Assembly (NCBI RefSeq): GCF_036321535.1
Contig: NC_087437.1
Coordinates: 8,432,001 to 8,496,000 of the forward strand
Source of the DNA: Camelus dromedarius
Lineage: Eukaryota
Direction of reading: 5' to 3'
Length of the DNA: 64,000 nt
Below are positions 50,061-64,000 of this stretch, in pieces (position 1 is the stretch's first letter; each line of letters opens with the position of its first letter). A program made the position numbers and the translations under genes. The notes beneath the pieces were generated by a model. It made no database searches. It saw only the letters and a program-made list of their open reading frames with translations, and was not told where the DNA came from.

Positions 50061-50925
50061 TTAAAAACTACGAGGTATCACCTCACACCAGTCAGAATGG
50101 CCGTCATTAAAAAGCCCACAAACGATAAATGCTGGGGAGGCTGTGAAGAAAAGGGAACCCTCCTACACTGCTGGTGGGAATGCAGTTTGGTGCAGCCACT
50201 GTGGAAAACAGTATGGAGGTTCCTCAAAAAACTAAAAATAGACTTACCATATGATCCAGCAATCCCACTCCTGGGCGTTTATCTGGAGGGAACTCTAATT
50301 CGAAAAGATACATGCTGCCCAATGTTCACAGCAGCACTATTTACAATAGCCAAGACATGGAAACTACCTAAATGTCCATTGACAGATAACTGGATAAAGA
50401 AGATGTGGTATATTTATACAATGGAATACTATTCAGCCATAAAAAGAATAAAATAACACCATTTGCAGCAACATGGATGGACCTGGAGATTGTCATACTA
50501 AGTGAAGTAAGCCAGAAAGAGAAAGAAAAATACCATATGCTATCACTCATTTGTGGAATCTAAAAAAAGAAAATAGAAAAAAGAAGACACTAATGAACTC
50601 ATCTACAAAACAGAAACAGACTCACAGACATGGTAAATAATCTTATGATTACCAAGGGAATGAGGGTGGGAAGGGATAAATTTGGGAGTTCGAGATTTAC
50701 AGATATTAACTATTATCTATAAAAAGAGATAAAAAACAAATTTCTTCTGTGTAACACAGGGAACTATATTCAGTATCTTGTAATAAGCTTTAATGAAAAA
50801 GAATATGAAAAGGAATATATGTATATATGTATATGCATGACTGGAACATTATGCTGTACACCACACCGGAAATTGACGTATTGTAAACTGACTACACGTC
50901 AATTAAAAAAAATAAAATGAAAAAA
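50061..50925 (+). mobile_element. Younger L1 3' end (ORF2 C-terminus, 3' UTR, A tail)
   Basis: ORF 50097-50456 encodes HCWWEC...[12 protein letters not shown]...WYIYTMEYYSAIK; A-rich tail at ~50901-50925. Confidence 0.9.
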
Positions 50926-53079
50926 CAAATCAACCGGTTGTGCACCTTAAACTGACACAATGTTATATGTCAATTATATTTCAAGAATTAAAAGAAATAA
51001 AACGTATTCGTGAAGTGCCTATTTTGTCCTATCTGTGCTTGGCAACTCTACCGGCTCATACTTACTTGCACTAATTAGTACAACAAGGATTGACATTAGA
51101 GAAAACCCAGGTGGTTTCTTCCGTTTTCCTACTCCCATCCCAATGGGCCAAGCTTTAGTCCAATCTGTAACCAAGAAAATTTTAGCCTAGTGAAAATTCA
51201 GGAACATTGAACTGGAAGTGTTGGAAATGTTTTTTCCCCGTTTCCTGTACCCCAGGGAAGCGGCTAGTCAGTACTAAAAAGAATGATTTGGCGGAAGGAG
51301 CAACTGAAGCCTGCCATGATGAGGACATCAACCTCCTGTCACAAGCCAGGTGACCTGTGCTGGCCATGTTCACTCACCTGGGAGCCTTGCACTGTTCTGA
51401 CCCTACATTCAGTCTTCTTTGCTTCAAATGTAGGGTGGGGTTAACAGCTGTGCTCTGTGCCTCCTTAGCTAACAGCCTGCCTCTCCCCTCATTTGACGGG
51501 GCACCTCTTATAGCTGAACGTCCTTCGAGTGAGAAGGGCCAATGGAATGGAGTTGTTGCACATGACGCTTCAAACACAGGAAGGGCATACATGTGGATGT
51601 GGATGTGTGTTTCCCAAAATAAGACCTACAAAGAAGCGGTCCCTGGGGAAACAGGAATCTTACATACAGATCTCAATAGTTATTGGTAGATAATTCACCC
51701 TTGAAACATAAGTTGGCTGATGTTTTTAGACAAGCAAAAGCTAAGGAAAAAGCAGTCAAAAAGTAAACTGCACCCTGGAGTTGCATATCCCCCCACGCCT
51801 GTCTTCTGTCGCTGTGCACTGGTGTGAAGTCCATCCTGCCCCCTTATTACCCATATCAGAAAGATGGTCTGGGGCATAAAAGCCTCAGTGCTGGCCTGAA
51901 AATGTCCAAGACCCAGAAGAGACTGGACCTTGTTGATGGCTGGGGGGAGAGTTAGCAGCTGGGAAAGACGGGGGAAGTGGGGATTTCAGGGGGCCAGATG
52001 GCAAGAGAGGATCTCCTGGTTCAAGAATAGGAGGCATCAGTGTGGACGGTTCCCATGGCCTCAGGAGTGTCCAGTTGGACAGAGCGATTCTGTGCAGTGA
52101 GACAGCAAGCTGTTCCTCAGGGACAAGCACCAGCTAGCCACACAAGGCATTGTGCACAGCTTGTCACTTCACTCAGCTTTCTCTGCTTGGGATTTCATCA
52201 CATGGAGACACCTAGGGAGATGCCCAGCAAGGGAAACAAGTTTATTCTGTGGGGCTGTCCCCCTCTGCCAAAAAAAAAAAAAAAAAAAAAAAACAAAAAC
52301 CCACCACCACCAACTCACTAACACTCCTTTGAGAGGGAGGGTCCAATGCATAGGCTATCTAAAGACTGGGATGGGGCGGGGAGGGGGGGGTCACTGCCAC
52401 ACTGCTGTCTACCTTTCCTCATCTCTAGTTATCAGGAAAATGGCTCCCCCATTGCTGATTTATGAAATTTGTTTCACTTTTTCAGACAGTCCCCAAATGA
52501 ACAGTCACTCTGCATTAGTAGGACTTGCACTAGTCAGGCATCTCTGTGCTTTCCGTCCTTTTAACCTGGCGGTGCTGTCCGTCACTGAGTTTTAAACCGT
52601 AATAGTTATACCTCATCAACTTCTAAACGGTTCCATGATCTGTCAGCAGTGATCAAGGCAGGGCAATGAGACATGACAGGGCATTTCCAAGTCATTTTTT
52701 TAGGGAGGTCCAGGATGGAAAAGGTTGAAGCCTAGGGGGCATTTGAGTCACTCTACCATAGATGCTCTTGTGAGGTCTTTAAAGTTCTCGGTGGTTATTA
52801 TTATTATTATTATTTTTTAATATCCTGAAGCAAAAGCTTATAAATCTGATCTTACTCTGGCGTGATAGCAGATAGAAGTGCGCTGTATAAAACCCTACAG
52901 AGACGTGCACACATCCGGGGGTTGTCTAGGTGGTGGACAAAGCAAGAGAAAGGATAGGGTGGGCGGGGGAGTTGGGGTAGTGGTGCTCTATGTGTGAGTG
53001 AGGGTGAGGGACCTGGGAGGTAGTTTACCTCTAATGGTAGAAAACTGTAGAGATGTGGGTAGAGGAAGGCCACAAACAT

Positions 53080-53330
53080 TGATTTACTTAGAATCTGCTG
53101 TGTTCCAGGCATGAGGCTAATTCTTGCCTCTACGTTGTCTTGTTTAACCCTTAAAAGAACTCTGTGAAATTACACAGCAGTGGGTTCAGTAGTAAGATTC
53201 CTATTTCTTTTTCTTTAACAGATGAAGACATAAACCATTTTAACAAAGAGATTGGATCTTGATCAAGGTCATACCTGTAATCAGTAGAGCAACTTAAGAT
53301 GTGACAGATTCTAGACTGTCTGCTATTTCC
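53080..53330 (-). mobile_element. MIR SINE fragment
   Basis: 'atttacttagaatctgctgtgttccaggcatgaggcta...ttaacagatgaagacata...caaggtcatac'. Confidence 0.6.
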
Positions 53331-54606
53331 ATAATAAATGAGAGGTGTATCAAGATTTTTCAGCTAATCTCTTTAAACCCCCTCTTCCTCAGAATGGTGT
53401 TGGGATGGCTCCAATTCTCAGAAACTATAATTTAAAGTCTATCCGGCAAGATCTTTTCCAGTCTTATTTCCTGTCACTTGAAAAACATTTATTCTCTCTT
53501 TACTGCTGTGGCATTCTGCCTGGAAATAGGTGCAATGTATCATTTCCCACAATAATGGAAGGTGGGCTAGGAGTTACCTGTAATTTGTTTCTCCATCCAG
53601 GCACGCCAGATCACCTACCGTTTTATAGCTGATGTGATTGTTTTTATGAAGCCTGTAACGTTTCTAACGCTATGGTTGTGAGGATCCCGATTCTTGTCTC
53701 AGCAGAGCAATGCTACAGGAGTTGAGTCAATTCTAATTACAGAGGACAGGAGTGTGGCTGGCTAGTGACAGGGTCGGAGAGAGAACTGCACAAAACCTGC
53801 TCCTGTCCCCACCCTCTCCGATAGACCACGTAGGGACCTTTGGCCAACATTCTGCTGCCTCCATGAATTATTGTTTTCTGCCTGTCAAGGGGGGAGGAGA
53901 AAGAGTGGCAATCAAGTCATTCTCAGATAACTAGGTATTTAAGATGAGATTCTCTCCAGATCATTATATTCAAAGAGAAGACATGGGTCAAGGATATTAG
54001 TGGAACCATCTTCACATTCGGGGGAGGTTCTGGAGCACAATACTACAGATGTTGTCCCTTGACTGAAGCTTGGTTGTAGAAGAAAGCGTCATGTGGGGAA
54101 GCAGAGAAGAGCATTCGCATCCCAGTCATGGTCCTTGGTGTCTGCTTTTATTTGAACACATGTTTATGGAACATCCGCTGTTGGCCATGCCTATGCTGGC
54201 TTCCATGTAGAGAATAAGATGCAACACCGTCCCCGACAAAGTTTAGGGACACTGACCCTTAACGTTTTAAAAGCGTCTTGGCAAGTGCTCTAGCAATGTT
54301 ATGAAAATGGAGGTGATGAGAATTCCAGTAGAAGCAGTTAGGGAAGGCAGTCAAGAGGTGGTATCGTCTGAGTTGATTCATAGCGCCTGGGTAATGGATT
54401 TTACAAGGCAAAGCAAGGTTAGGGAGGATACTCCGAATAAAAGCCTACTTGACAATGAGCGCGTGCTCTGTGATGGGGGAGGCTGTGTGATGGCAGGTGT
54501 TTATGAGGGCGGAGTGGGTGGAAACCAGACCTGGCACGTTGAAGTTGGAACAATATGGTGAAGGGCTTGGAAAACCACGATGAAGAGTTTGACCCTGTGG
54601 GTCATA

Positions 54607-54935
54607 GGTCACAGATTGCACACAGAGATCAGGAAGGAAATGTAAAAGAGCAACATGGATAAAGTAGTGCCTGTGGAAGCCTGGGGAGGAAGAACCCTTC
54701 CAAGGAAGGTAGCTGAGACTTCATTCCCACAGATGATTTTTCTAGTCTATGAATCCCTACTGCCAGATATCCCAATTTTCAGGGAGAAGGCTAAAAATCT
54801 CATTTTTAAAATGTGAGCTCTCATGATACTAAATGCTAGAAACTAGTAAAAAAAAAAAAATTGGGGAAACAACTGGGGGCCAAGAAAGCAAGTCTTAAGG
54901 TTTGTGTCTGTTCACATGCCAGTGGCTTGTAACAA
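54607..54935. mobile_element. MER102-like hAT-Charlie element
   Basis: 'gccagatatcccaattttcagggagaaggctaaaaatctcattttta' resembles recalled MER102. Confidence 0.55.
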
Positions 54936-57169
54936 GGGAAGGTGATAAATGGGAACCCACAAATATTTATACTCAAGGAGCTGACTCAGTTGTACAGAAG
55001 ATGACACTTGAACAGATAGTTGGACGGCTGGAGCCTGGGAGATGAAAATCTTGAGCCCAGGCCGTTGGGGCTTGGTGTGGGGGCAGAAGAGGGAGTGGAG
55101 AGGAGAGCCTTGAGGCATCTGCTGACTTCTGGACGCAGGGATGAGGGTGTGATATCGTCTCAGTGACACCCAGGGGGTTGGAGGCTGTTAACTGAATTGA
55201 GGAGACTGTAAAAGGAGCTTCTGTCGTGTGCCTGCCGGGCTATGATTTTGCTTTTTACCATTTGAATCGACATTTGCTTTTTAACATATATTTTATACCT
55301 GTACCTTCTCTATGTTCCTGGAAGAAATTTGAAGTCAAGAGAATAGACTTTTTTCTTAAACCAAATAAATGACCCTCTCTCCTTCTTCCCGTTCACACTC
55401 CAAGATGAACGTGGGCGTTAGCTGCTGGATTTCAAGCTCTTCCCCTGTACAGCATTAAGCACGTTGAGGTGGTTGAGCAATGAGCTGAAAGTATTTTAAT
55501 CCTTGATGGATGGCAGAAGAAGAGGAATTTATAAGTCCAATTCTTTTCGAGTTTGAAGATAATGATTCTTGCCTTTTCTGCCTCCGCTTTTTTCTCTTGC
55601 ATTTTACATTTCACAACAGTGAGTCAGACACACTATTATTCTACTTAGCAGCCTTGGCATCAGCAGCAGATTTGCATGAATCGAGGACAAGATGCTTCTA
55701 TGTTATTTTCCTCCATTTGAAGTGGTATTTTATTGCAGCATAGATTTTAGGTGGTCTCTCCATTAGAACTTCAAATTCTGTAGGGATCTTCTACGTTGTC
55801 CGTTGATCTCTTAGAGGATCATTGGAATAGCCTGATATTTTGGATGGTGCATGTGACACAGAGAGGTGAGTGGATTAACTTCACACCACTCTGTGCATGT
55901 ATGGAAGAGCTGAATCTACAGCAGACTCCCAACTGACACACTGAATCTGCTAGGGAGGTGCTTCCCAAACGTCTCCTGTGCAGAAAGCTGTGTTGTTATC
56001 CAGCCAAAGTTAGGACCCCTGCTTGTACCTGACGTTGTCAAAGTTCAGGCTTACTTTTCCTTTTCTATTGCTCCACACTTAGGCTTTTACTTCTGCACCA
56101 AGCAAATTGGATCAATTCTCAACACATCGAGCAAAATCTCTAGTCTAAGATACGATAAACTCAGTGGGATTTTTAGGTAACTTGCAACATGAGCAGCAAG
56201 TAGAAACTTCTGTCATCTTCACATGTCCCTAGATGGTCACCAAGAGCGGAGAATCCTTTCCTGTCTTCCCATCTCAAGTTCTCTGAAATGGTCTACCCAG
56301 GATTTGTGGGACTGAAGCAATCTCTCCAGTCTGTCCCAGCACTACCTTCCTCGTACCTCTGCAAGAAGTGAGCAGTTAGACAGGAACTGTGTGCTTGGGG
56401 CTGAATAGCAGTCGCGCACACCTGGGGAGACTGTCAGGTAGTAGGTGGCTTTGATGCTTTCACTGCTGGGCGGCTGGCAAGTTGGCAGAGAACGGGAAAC
56501 AGTCGATTCCTTCCCTTTAATGAGACGGCATGTTCCCTTAACGTTCTTTCATTTGAGAAAAATTTAAAATGTGAAAGTTAACATTTTTTTGGTCAGGTAA
56601 TATATGGACATGGTAAAAAAATTCAAATAGTATATTTAGTATTTCTTAAATAATAGCAGGAGCGCTAGAAAGGAAGAATAAAAGAGAGAGTTTACTCCCA
56701 GTCCTGCCACTGACTTATTTGTTACCACGGGGTTAATTAGGATACTTTTGTGTTTGAGTCTCTTCACCTGAAACCTAGAAATGGGAAACTTTGTCTAATC
56801 ACTCTTTAGAGTTGTTGTGAGACCTGAATCAAATGGATGTGTGAAAATGCTTTAAGGGCATGGAGATGAAAGGATTTTGTTACAGTTTCTTTCCTCTTAT
56901 CTCATTTGAGGACCCAGCCAATATCGACTGTGTGCTTGGTGGAGGCTGGGTGATGATGAAGAGCTTTGAATTATTAACTCAATTCTCAAAATAGTTCGAT
57001 CAGATAAGTACTGTTATTTCACTTTTCCAGTGAGAAAATGGAGGCACAGAGAAGCTAAGTAACTTTCAAGGTTCATATGCGTGGTAATTAGTAGCAAATC
57101 TGATATAAAACTAGTCTCTTTTTCTCCCTTCTCTCCCTCACTTTCTCTCTCTCTGTATGTGTATATATG

Positions 57170-57238
57170 TATAAATCTACCTATTATCTATCTCTATCTA
57201 TCTATCTATCCATCCATCCATCTATCCATCTATCTATC
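57170..57238. repeat. (TCTA)n/(TCCA)n compound tetranucleotide repeat
   Basis: Direct reading. Confidence 0.9.
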
Positions 57239-59369
57239 AAATGATTGTAGCCACCGGCTCTTTTACTTACTATTTTATGCTAAACATTGTGCTTATGTCA
57301 TTAAACATTCCTTTAAAACGTATTTTCTGATGATTTCAAAATATATCATCTGTCTGCAGAGGAGATCCTTAACCAATTCCTATCTGCTTGACATTTGTCT
57401 TGTTTTTTTTTTTTTTTTTTTTTTTTGGCATTTATGCATAAGGCAAATTTCCTAGTTGACAGATCTTTGTGGGCATTTCTGATCATTTCCTTAGGAAAAA
57501 AAAATCCAGAGATGGAATTACTATGTCAAAGAGTGTGGGCACTTACAAGGCTCTTGATATGTATATTGCCAACACCTCCTCAGGAAAGGTTGTGCCAATT
57601 TATTCTCCCTCCAGAACTCTATATTCTGTTCTCATGAAGATGGCAGGGCAATTACAGAAGGCTAGATTAGGACCTTAAAGATCAACATGTGTGTCTGCAT
57701 GTGCACTTGCTCACATGCATGGTAGACAAGGAAACAGAAGGTGGATACCTTGTCCAAGGGCACCGGGCAGATTAATGGCTGAATCTAAGTGATATTGGTT
57801 AATGATAAGTAATAGACGGGGTAGGAAATGCCTGCGTGGGAGTGAAAAATTGTCTTTCAGCCATTTTGCAGTCTCATTATAAAATGTCATCCTTCTATTT
57901 TCTGGTTACTTTGTTCTGATGACCTCAGGGACTAGCCCACCTTGCTAGAGCTAAATCAATTGTGTGCCAGGCAGCAATGTGAAATGGCATTGGGAAGTCT
58001 GGGAGGAGGGCTGGGGAGAGGTCAGCTCCCTGTAACTCTTTTGGGGCTGTGTATCTATAGAATGAACACCAGTCATTTAAAAAATGACGATTTGTTGTAC
58101 AACCTAATAACAACATGAATGAAGATAAAAATTAAATTTAAAAACACCTACAGTTCTGCCATGACAAATAAAATTGTTTTTTCATATTCTTCATGTGAAT
58201 TACACTTTTGATGCACTTTTGATTATGCCACAGATAACAACTTTGTATTACTCTTTTCACATCTCAAATCATATTTTTGAAAAACATTTTGCAAATTCTG
58301 CCTGTCAAGTTGTATTTTTAATAGCTTCCCAGTCGAGTATCTTGCCCTGTTTAATTAAGCATTCCCTCCTTGTTGACCATTTAGGTTATTTCCCAGTTTT
58401 CAGTATCATTAAATAGGTGGCCAAGACATCTAGACTATGTGTATGTATTTCCCCTCTTAGTCAACATCATTTGTAAGTCCTCAGAAGGAGATTAACTACC
58501 TTAAAAAATCTGAACATTTTTAGTGGGCTTTAATACATGCTGCAAAGTGCTTTCCAGGGTGGTTGGGTAACTAGATTAAGTCAATATACATTACAAAGCA
58601 TTTTTAGATGCAAGGATTTGTTTAAAAAGTTTTTAAGTCGTCCAAGCCAACTCTAGCTTCTGTCTTGAGAGCCATGGCTGTCAGCCTCATAGAGGATTTG
58701 CTCATAAACATCCTTGGTTGCGTGACTGTCATTTTTGTCCAGCCTGGGGAGAATGCTACAAGATGAAAATGGCTGTTTAACCAATTCCATTCCCAGACTT
58801 AGTGGTCTCTTAGCTGACCTCCGTAGGTTTCCTCCTGGAGAGGTGCTGCGTAAGGCTTCCTGATTTGTAGGGGTTGAGGGTAGACTTCCACAATTTATAT
58901 GTTTCTTTGTTCTCTCTCATTCTGGGCATAAAGACCCCTGTTTATTTGAATTGGAATTAGTTCAGTGCTTTCTAGGTCCATCCTGAATTCAATAAACAGC
59001 CAACAACTGGCTTACTGGCTGGAGTACCATTCTGATTATTTCTTTCATATAATTAAGTAGTTTTGATCAGACCCTTTCCGTAAAAAACCCAAAAGTTTCT
59101 CGAGCATATTTCACCAAACTGCCTCATTGGGAAGATAATGTTAGCAGAAATTGGGAGGCAGGGAGTTTGGGGAGAGAGAATGAACTCAATTTTGTTATTC
59201 AGTTGAGGAAGATGAGGATGTCTAATGAAGGTGCTGGGCGTGTAGAAAGTAGACTTGATACGCTGGAAATCTGTGGTAGGAGAAAATGAAATTTGGAAAT
59301 CACAGAGAGATAGTAGGTGAAGTGCTTGTGTGCCTTAAGAAGAGAAATAAAAAAGAGGCATTAAAGGAT

Positions 59370-59585
59370 AGAGGTTATGAAAGTGAGCTCAGAGGTCAGA
59401 TGGACATGGGTTAAAAACATGGTTCTCCCTCTTATTCTGTGTCCTTGAGCGTTTAACCTTCAAGCCTCATTTTTCTTATCTACATAATGGGGGTAATAAC
59501 ATCTACCTCACTGTGTGGATGTGAGGATTGAATGAGATAATGCAATTTATTAAGATCGATGAATGTCAGCTATTGTTATTGTTGT
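59370..59585 (+). mobile_element. MIR SINE inside an L2-like stretch
   Basis: 'gcctcatttttcttatctacataatgggggtaataacatctacctca...gtgaggattgaatgagataatgca'. Confidence 0.8.
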
Positions 59586-61479
59586 AAGACTGATGGCACA
59601 ACACGTGTAGGTTGTCACAGGAGGAGTCAGCAGAAGACAAAGAATAAATGGTCAAAGAGAGAAAAAAAAAAAAGAAAACTAGTGATATTCAGGAAGCCAG
59701 GGAAAGAGGGACTCTCAGAAAGGAAGAAATGAGCAACAGAGTCAAATCTGAGACAGAAGCCAATGAAAGTCAAGACCAGAAAAGGTTTTTCAATTTGGGG
59801 ATCACTAAGTCTCCTATGACTCCCAAGAGAATGTCTTTAGTAGCAAAATTGGGCAGAAATTACTTTGTAGACATTAGTGAGTAGTAGGAAGTATTTCCTA
59901 GGACCTACTGAACTCAAAATAGATCAGATGTATTGCCAAAGACGTGAAACAATTAGCCTTATCGCGGACTTCGATTTTACACGCTCTCTCTCGTCCTACG
60001 TGCACCAAAAGCCGAGGACTTCCACGGTCCTATGAAGCAGAGATGTGCTACTGGCTGCAGCCGTCTTGTACCCTGGCTTACATGTCAACCTCTGACTTAG
60101 AAGCAGGTATATTTTCAGCTGCTAATAGGAAAACAGGATGACACATCAGTAGGCAGAGATTGGGTTCAGCACATTTACAAAGAGTTGATGGCATTTAGCT
60201 GTTAGGTGCCTGCCACACGTGCTCCTCTTGGAGCTCGTTCACCTGCAATTAAAAGGAAAGGATGTCAAGTTAAATCCACCCAATGCCTCCATTGTGGGGG
60301 GCCTGTCAAAAGAATTATTCATTGGGAGTAGCTTTCCATCCTGTTTTTCCTCTGGTTTTATTACCTCTCTGGCAGTCACGAAGATGGGTTTCTATTTTTT
60401 TTTTTTTTTGATACAAATTCTCATAGGATAAAATGATTCAACTTTAAATGGAAATAAGAGCTAAAAGCAAATTGCAGGTTTTCCTGAATGACACAGGGCT
60501 ATGGCAGGCATACCATTTTTTATAATTTCAGAGAATTTGATCTAACCACAAGGAAATAAGAAACCAACCAGAACCATTTCAGTTTTGGAAAAACAATCGA
60601 AATCTCTGTCTCTCTGATCTCTATCCTGGGTTCAAAATATTTTAGCCTTTGGGTACCTGTTAGTACTAACATTTGTTATGGCCCCATCTTCGATTGCCCC
60701 TGGAGGTGGTTCCTCATTTTGCTGCCACTAACCCAAGACACTGCAGATACTTCTGCTCAGATGCTAAGTCACCTAGAACAAGCTCCGTGAAGTGGTTAGA
60801 TACTGACAGAACGTATAATTAGTAGCTAGCCTTGTGAAAGGATAAGGGGGCCAGGAACATTTTCTGCATGAGATGACCGGCATTTCGCAAGGAAGTTGTA
60901 CTTCTTTTAAAATACAGGAAACGGTATCAAGAAATTCTGGGCACAGCTCTCCCCTTGTTGCTGGCAAAGCGTCTGCAGTTGCAGGCTGAGTTCTAGTGTT
61001 TATTGGTCCAATGAAGAGCCACCTTGCTAATTTTCTAATCACATGTAGAACTCTCACCTCAAAGCCACCATCATAAAATGATGTACTGGTCAAGCCACAA
61101 TTTTCTTTCCAGAGAGATATTTAAGTTTTCATGGTCGGCATCGATGAGTGACTCTTTCAGAGGTTGATTAGGAAGTGAAACAATAGCTCAAAGAAGGACC
61201 CAAACACATGTTTATAGAATTCACTGTTATGCGCCAGGTCCTTTTTGGTGTCTTGTGGCAGGATCTCTCCTGACCCTCGATAGAACAAGGAGGCATTGGT
61301 TGAAATTGGTACCAGGAACCCCTTCGATAGTCCTGATTCCTGCAGTTTAACTGAGAGAAAGAGGCAGTTTTAATTGAAGCACATGAGACCTTTATTCCCC
61401 TCAAAGTGCACACAGACATCCCTTCTCACCCAGTTCAGGGAATCCTTTATAACAATTGATATGATAGGTTGGAATTGGT

Positions 61480-61700
61480 GGTGCCAGGCTGTGCTAGCTT
61501 GCTGACATAAGTATTTGGTCCTCACATTATTTAAAAAAGTTTTAGACTGCTGCCTGTATTTAAAAACTTGGAGATTTCCCACATAAATTTTGATTTGTGC
61601 CTTTTGAAAAAGTTGGATGATCTGACAATATGAGGCTTAAGTCCCTTAGGTCACTGATAATTGGAGTTGGGTACCAGTTGTCCCCATTAGATGACCCGAA
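61480..61700. mobile_element. MER102-like hAT fragment, opposite orientation to the 54.6-kb copy
   Basis: 'ggagatttcccacataaattttgatttgtgccttttgaaaaagttggatgatctgaca'. Confidence 0.5.
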
Positions 61701-62344
61701 TGCCTTCTGTGGAGCATCAGTATTGGAAATCCTTATTTCCGTAGAACAGATCTCTCTCTATCTCCTTCTAATCACCTTCTCCCAGTGATCGCATTATCCC
61801 ATAGCTCATAGCAAACAATGGGAGCCATTAGTATGAGAGAGAAAAGGATAAATAATTCCATTATTATATGTAGGGTTTTGCTCAGAATTTTATCCCTAGG
61901 TTCTTGAGATATTAACATGTTTGCTGTAGCCAGTCAGCACATTAAATAATTCATCTCTGGATCAAGGTTCTACTTCTATTATCTTGGCTCCAGGGCTGAT
62001 ACCCAGAGCAGTAATGTCTTATCCAACATTTAGCATCGAAACGTCTATGACAAAGGTAATGTTTAAATCACATTGATCAAGCAAATACTTGGATCACATC
62101 TGTATCCTAAGCATAGCAGTCTAACACGTGTCCTGACACAGAAAGGAATGCAGGATGTCACACAGGGTGCAGACTGAACGGCGGGCGGGTTTGAGACAGC
62201 CAAGGATGCCAATGGAGTTTACTATGATTAAACTCCAAGTATTTCCATTTTTAAGCCCTCTTAGTATCATAATTACCATAGTTTCCACTTTCCAGTTTAG
62301 GAAGTGCAGGTAACCTGACCTGGAGACCGTGAGCTGGGACAATG

Positions 62345-62500
62345 CCTGTCCATGTCTATATCGACATCAAGGTCTATGTCTGTGTTTATGCCTATGCCTA
62401 TGACTGTGTGTGTGTGTGTGTGACTGTATATGTGTATGTGTATGTCTGTGTCTCCGACTGTGTCTACGTCTCCATGTATACGCCTATGCCTATCTATATA
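62345..62500. repeat. Degenerate (TATGYC)n/(TG)n low-complexity repeat
   Basis: Direct reading; produces a spurious VYVC-rich ORF. Confidence 0.85.
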
Positions 62501-63169
62501 ATGTATTTTTTAGCTACTCTTTATGTGGTATAATATGTATGCACACACAATATTTATCTGTTTAAATCACATTGATTGTCAGACTTAAGACTTAAAAGTA
62601 GGGTCACCACCAGCAACATTTTCGCCACCTTCAGCATCTGCAGTCTCCCAGTGGCATAATGAGTGTAGGCAATATGATGCCCGGATAACAGCTCAGAGAA
62701 GAGAACTTGAGCTGGTTGCCAGAAATGAGCCTGCAAACGGGGCTTTCCCTCTACCCTTGTAAGAGCTGGAAGAGTTATTAAAAAATGTATCACGGGGTCA
62801 TGTCATGAGACCTTGACACGCACTGGCCCATCGGCATTTTAAATCCCATTGGAATCCGGGCTTGTGTTCAGGCTCTACCATGGGAAACAGGGAGTTCCAG
62901 CTTTGTTTACCAAACCCTGAAGTCTAAAAGAATCTAACATCAAAGGAGTGCAGGGTCCTAGCCAGTAGTAAAAGCACCATCTAGGGTAGTTAAGGGGAGG
63001 AAAGATACATTGGTTGCAGACTCCTAGCCCTCAAGCTGGATGCCAAGTAGCTCTCACTTCAATTTGTTAGAATGTCTTTTTACAATAAGCCTTTCTGTCA
63101 CCTAGGACATCAGACTCTGTCCGTGAAGAGGACTGTTTTTGTCAAAGGACAGAGCGTGAGTATTGACAC

Positions 63170-63380
63170 TGCCTTTATCAGCAGTGTAACTCTGGGCCAT
63201 TGCCTTAACCTCTTTAACACTGAGTTTTCTTATCTACAAAATGAAGGTGATAAGCACACTCTGTAAGGCATGTAATTATGGTACCTCCTTGATAGGATTA
63301 TTGCCATATTTAAATAAGGCAAAGCATATAAAGCAATTAGTACTGGGCTTTTCACACGTAAGAATTTATTAATTTTAGTT
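63170..63380 (+). mobile_element. MIR SINE
   Basis: 'gcagtgtaactctgggccattgccttaacctctttaacactgagttttcttatctacaaaatg'. Confidence 0.7.
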
Positions 63381-64000
63381 ACTACCCTTTTTTGTTTACC
63401 CTAAGGATGGAAGAAAAGGACTGACTCCTAGATGGTACACCCAGGACTGCCCCTGCTGACTTTGACATCTTTCCTCTCTCAGTACCTCCCGGAGATACAA
63501 CCCTAGGGTCTCCTCAGGGTAGGAGTCACGAGGTAGGACACCAGCATGGCCACTCTGTGGGCTAGGAGGAGCCATTATCACTGCATCTGCCACCATCCAC
63601 ATCCTCACCTTGGAGGATTCAGGGCCATAGCCTCTTTTGGGTCCAGGGATCAAATCTGTGTTCTTTTTTGTCCCATGTACTGCAAGTAAATTTGCTTTTG
63701 CTTTAGAAGCCTCGGTGTGGATAATTAATTTCACTTGTCCTCTTGGGAGCATAAGAGAGATGAGGGAATGAGCTGGTTCATGCTGCAGTGCACAATCCTT
63801 CCTATGAGCTTGGCTCTCCATTTAAGACTTTGAGTTTGGTAGCCCATTACCATGGTACCTTAAACTTGCTTACAAACAGATGACCACATGGTGGTTTCAT
63901 GGGTGTAAACAGCTATCAAAATTCATCAAATTGTACCATGCTACTTCCTCCCTTTTTCCCTCCTTCCCGTCTCCCTCCCTTCCTTCCACCTGGTGCATAT

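Larger units (their letters stand above)
48840..51003 (+). mobile_element. Composite older L1 stack (ORF2 pieces out of order, L1MA-like terminal ~75 bp)
   Basis: Late ORF2 (KINTKSIKDLN) at 48845-49185, early RT at 49220-49998, late ORF2 at 50001-50060, old 3' terminus at ~50930-51003. Confidence 0.8.

Noticed and set aside
1..64000. Inferring a host gene strand from repeat orientation; CRISPR or operon-like systems
   Set aside because: L1 orientations are mixed, there is no regular repeat-spacer array, and the DNA is mammalian non-coding.

Overview
Mammalian non-coding genomic DNA: CpG-depleted, dense in interspersed repeats, with no host protein-coding exon, RNA gene or CRISPR-like array that I can support. 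A tRNA-derived SINE at 18.1 kb and the young L1 3' ends resemble camelid (Camelus/Vicugna/Lama) repeats; this host call is from recall, not a database search. The only real coding signal is LINE-1 ORF2. The clearest structure is a young 3.7-kb L1 insertion (44872-48608) with a 15-bp target-site duplication (TSD), a 5' inversion typical of twin priming, and a ~0.4-kb internal deletion that fuses ORF2 to the 3' UTR while leaving a 2.2-kb RT frame open. Next to it is a scrambled, nested L1 stack (48.8-51.0 kb). Around 15.7-20.5 kb there is a cluster of six ERV1-type LTRs with two LTR-in-LTR nests and a SINE. An ERVL-type remnant lies at 10.7-12.2 kb, and old L2, MIR, MaLR, hAT and L4 fragments are scattered throughout. 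I found no convincing new biological system. Subfamily names and the boundaries of old repeats are approximate, by-eye calls.
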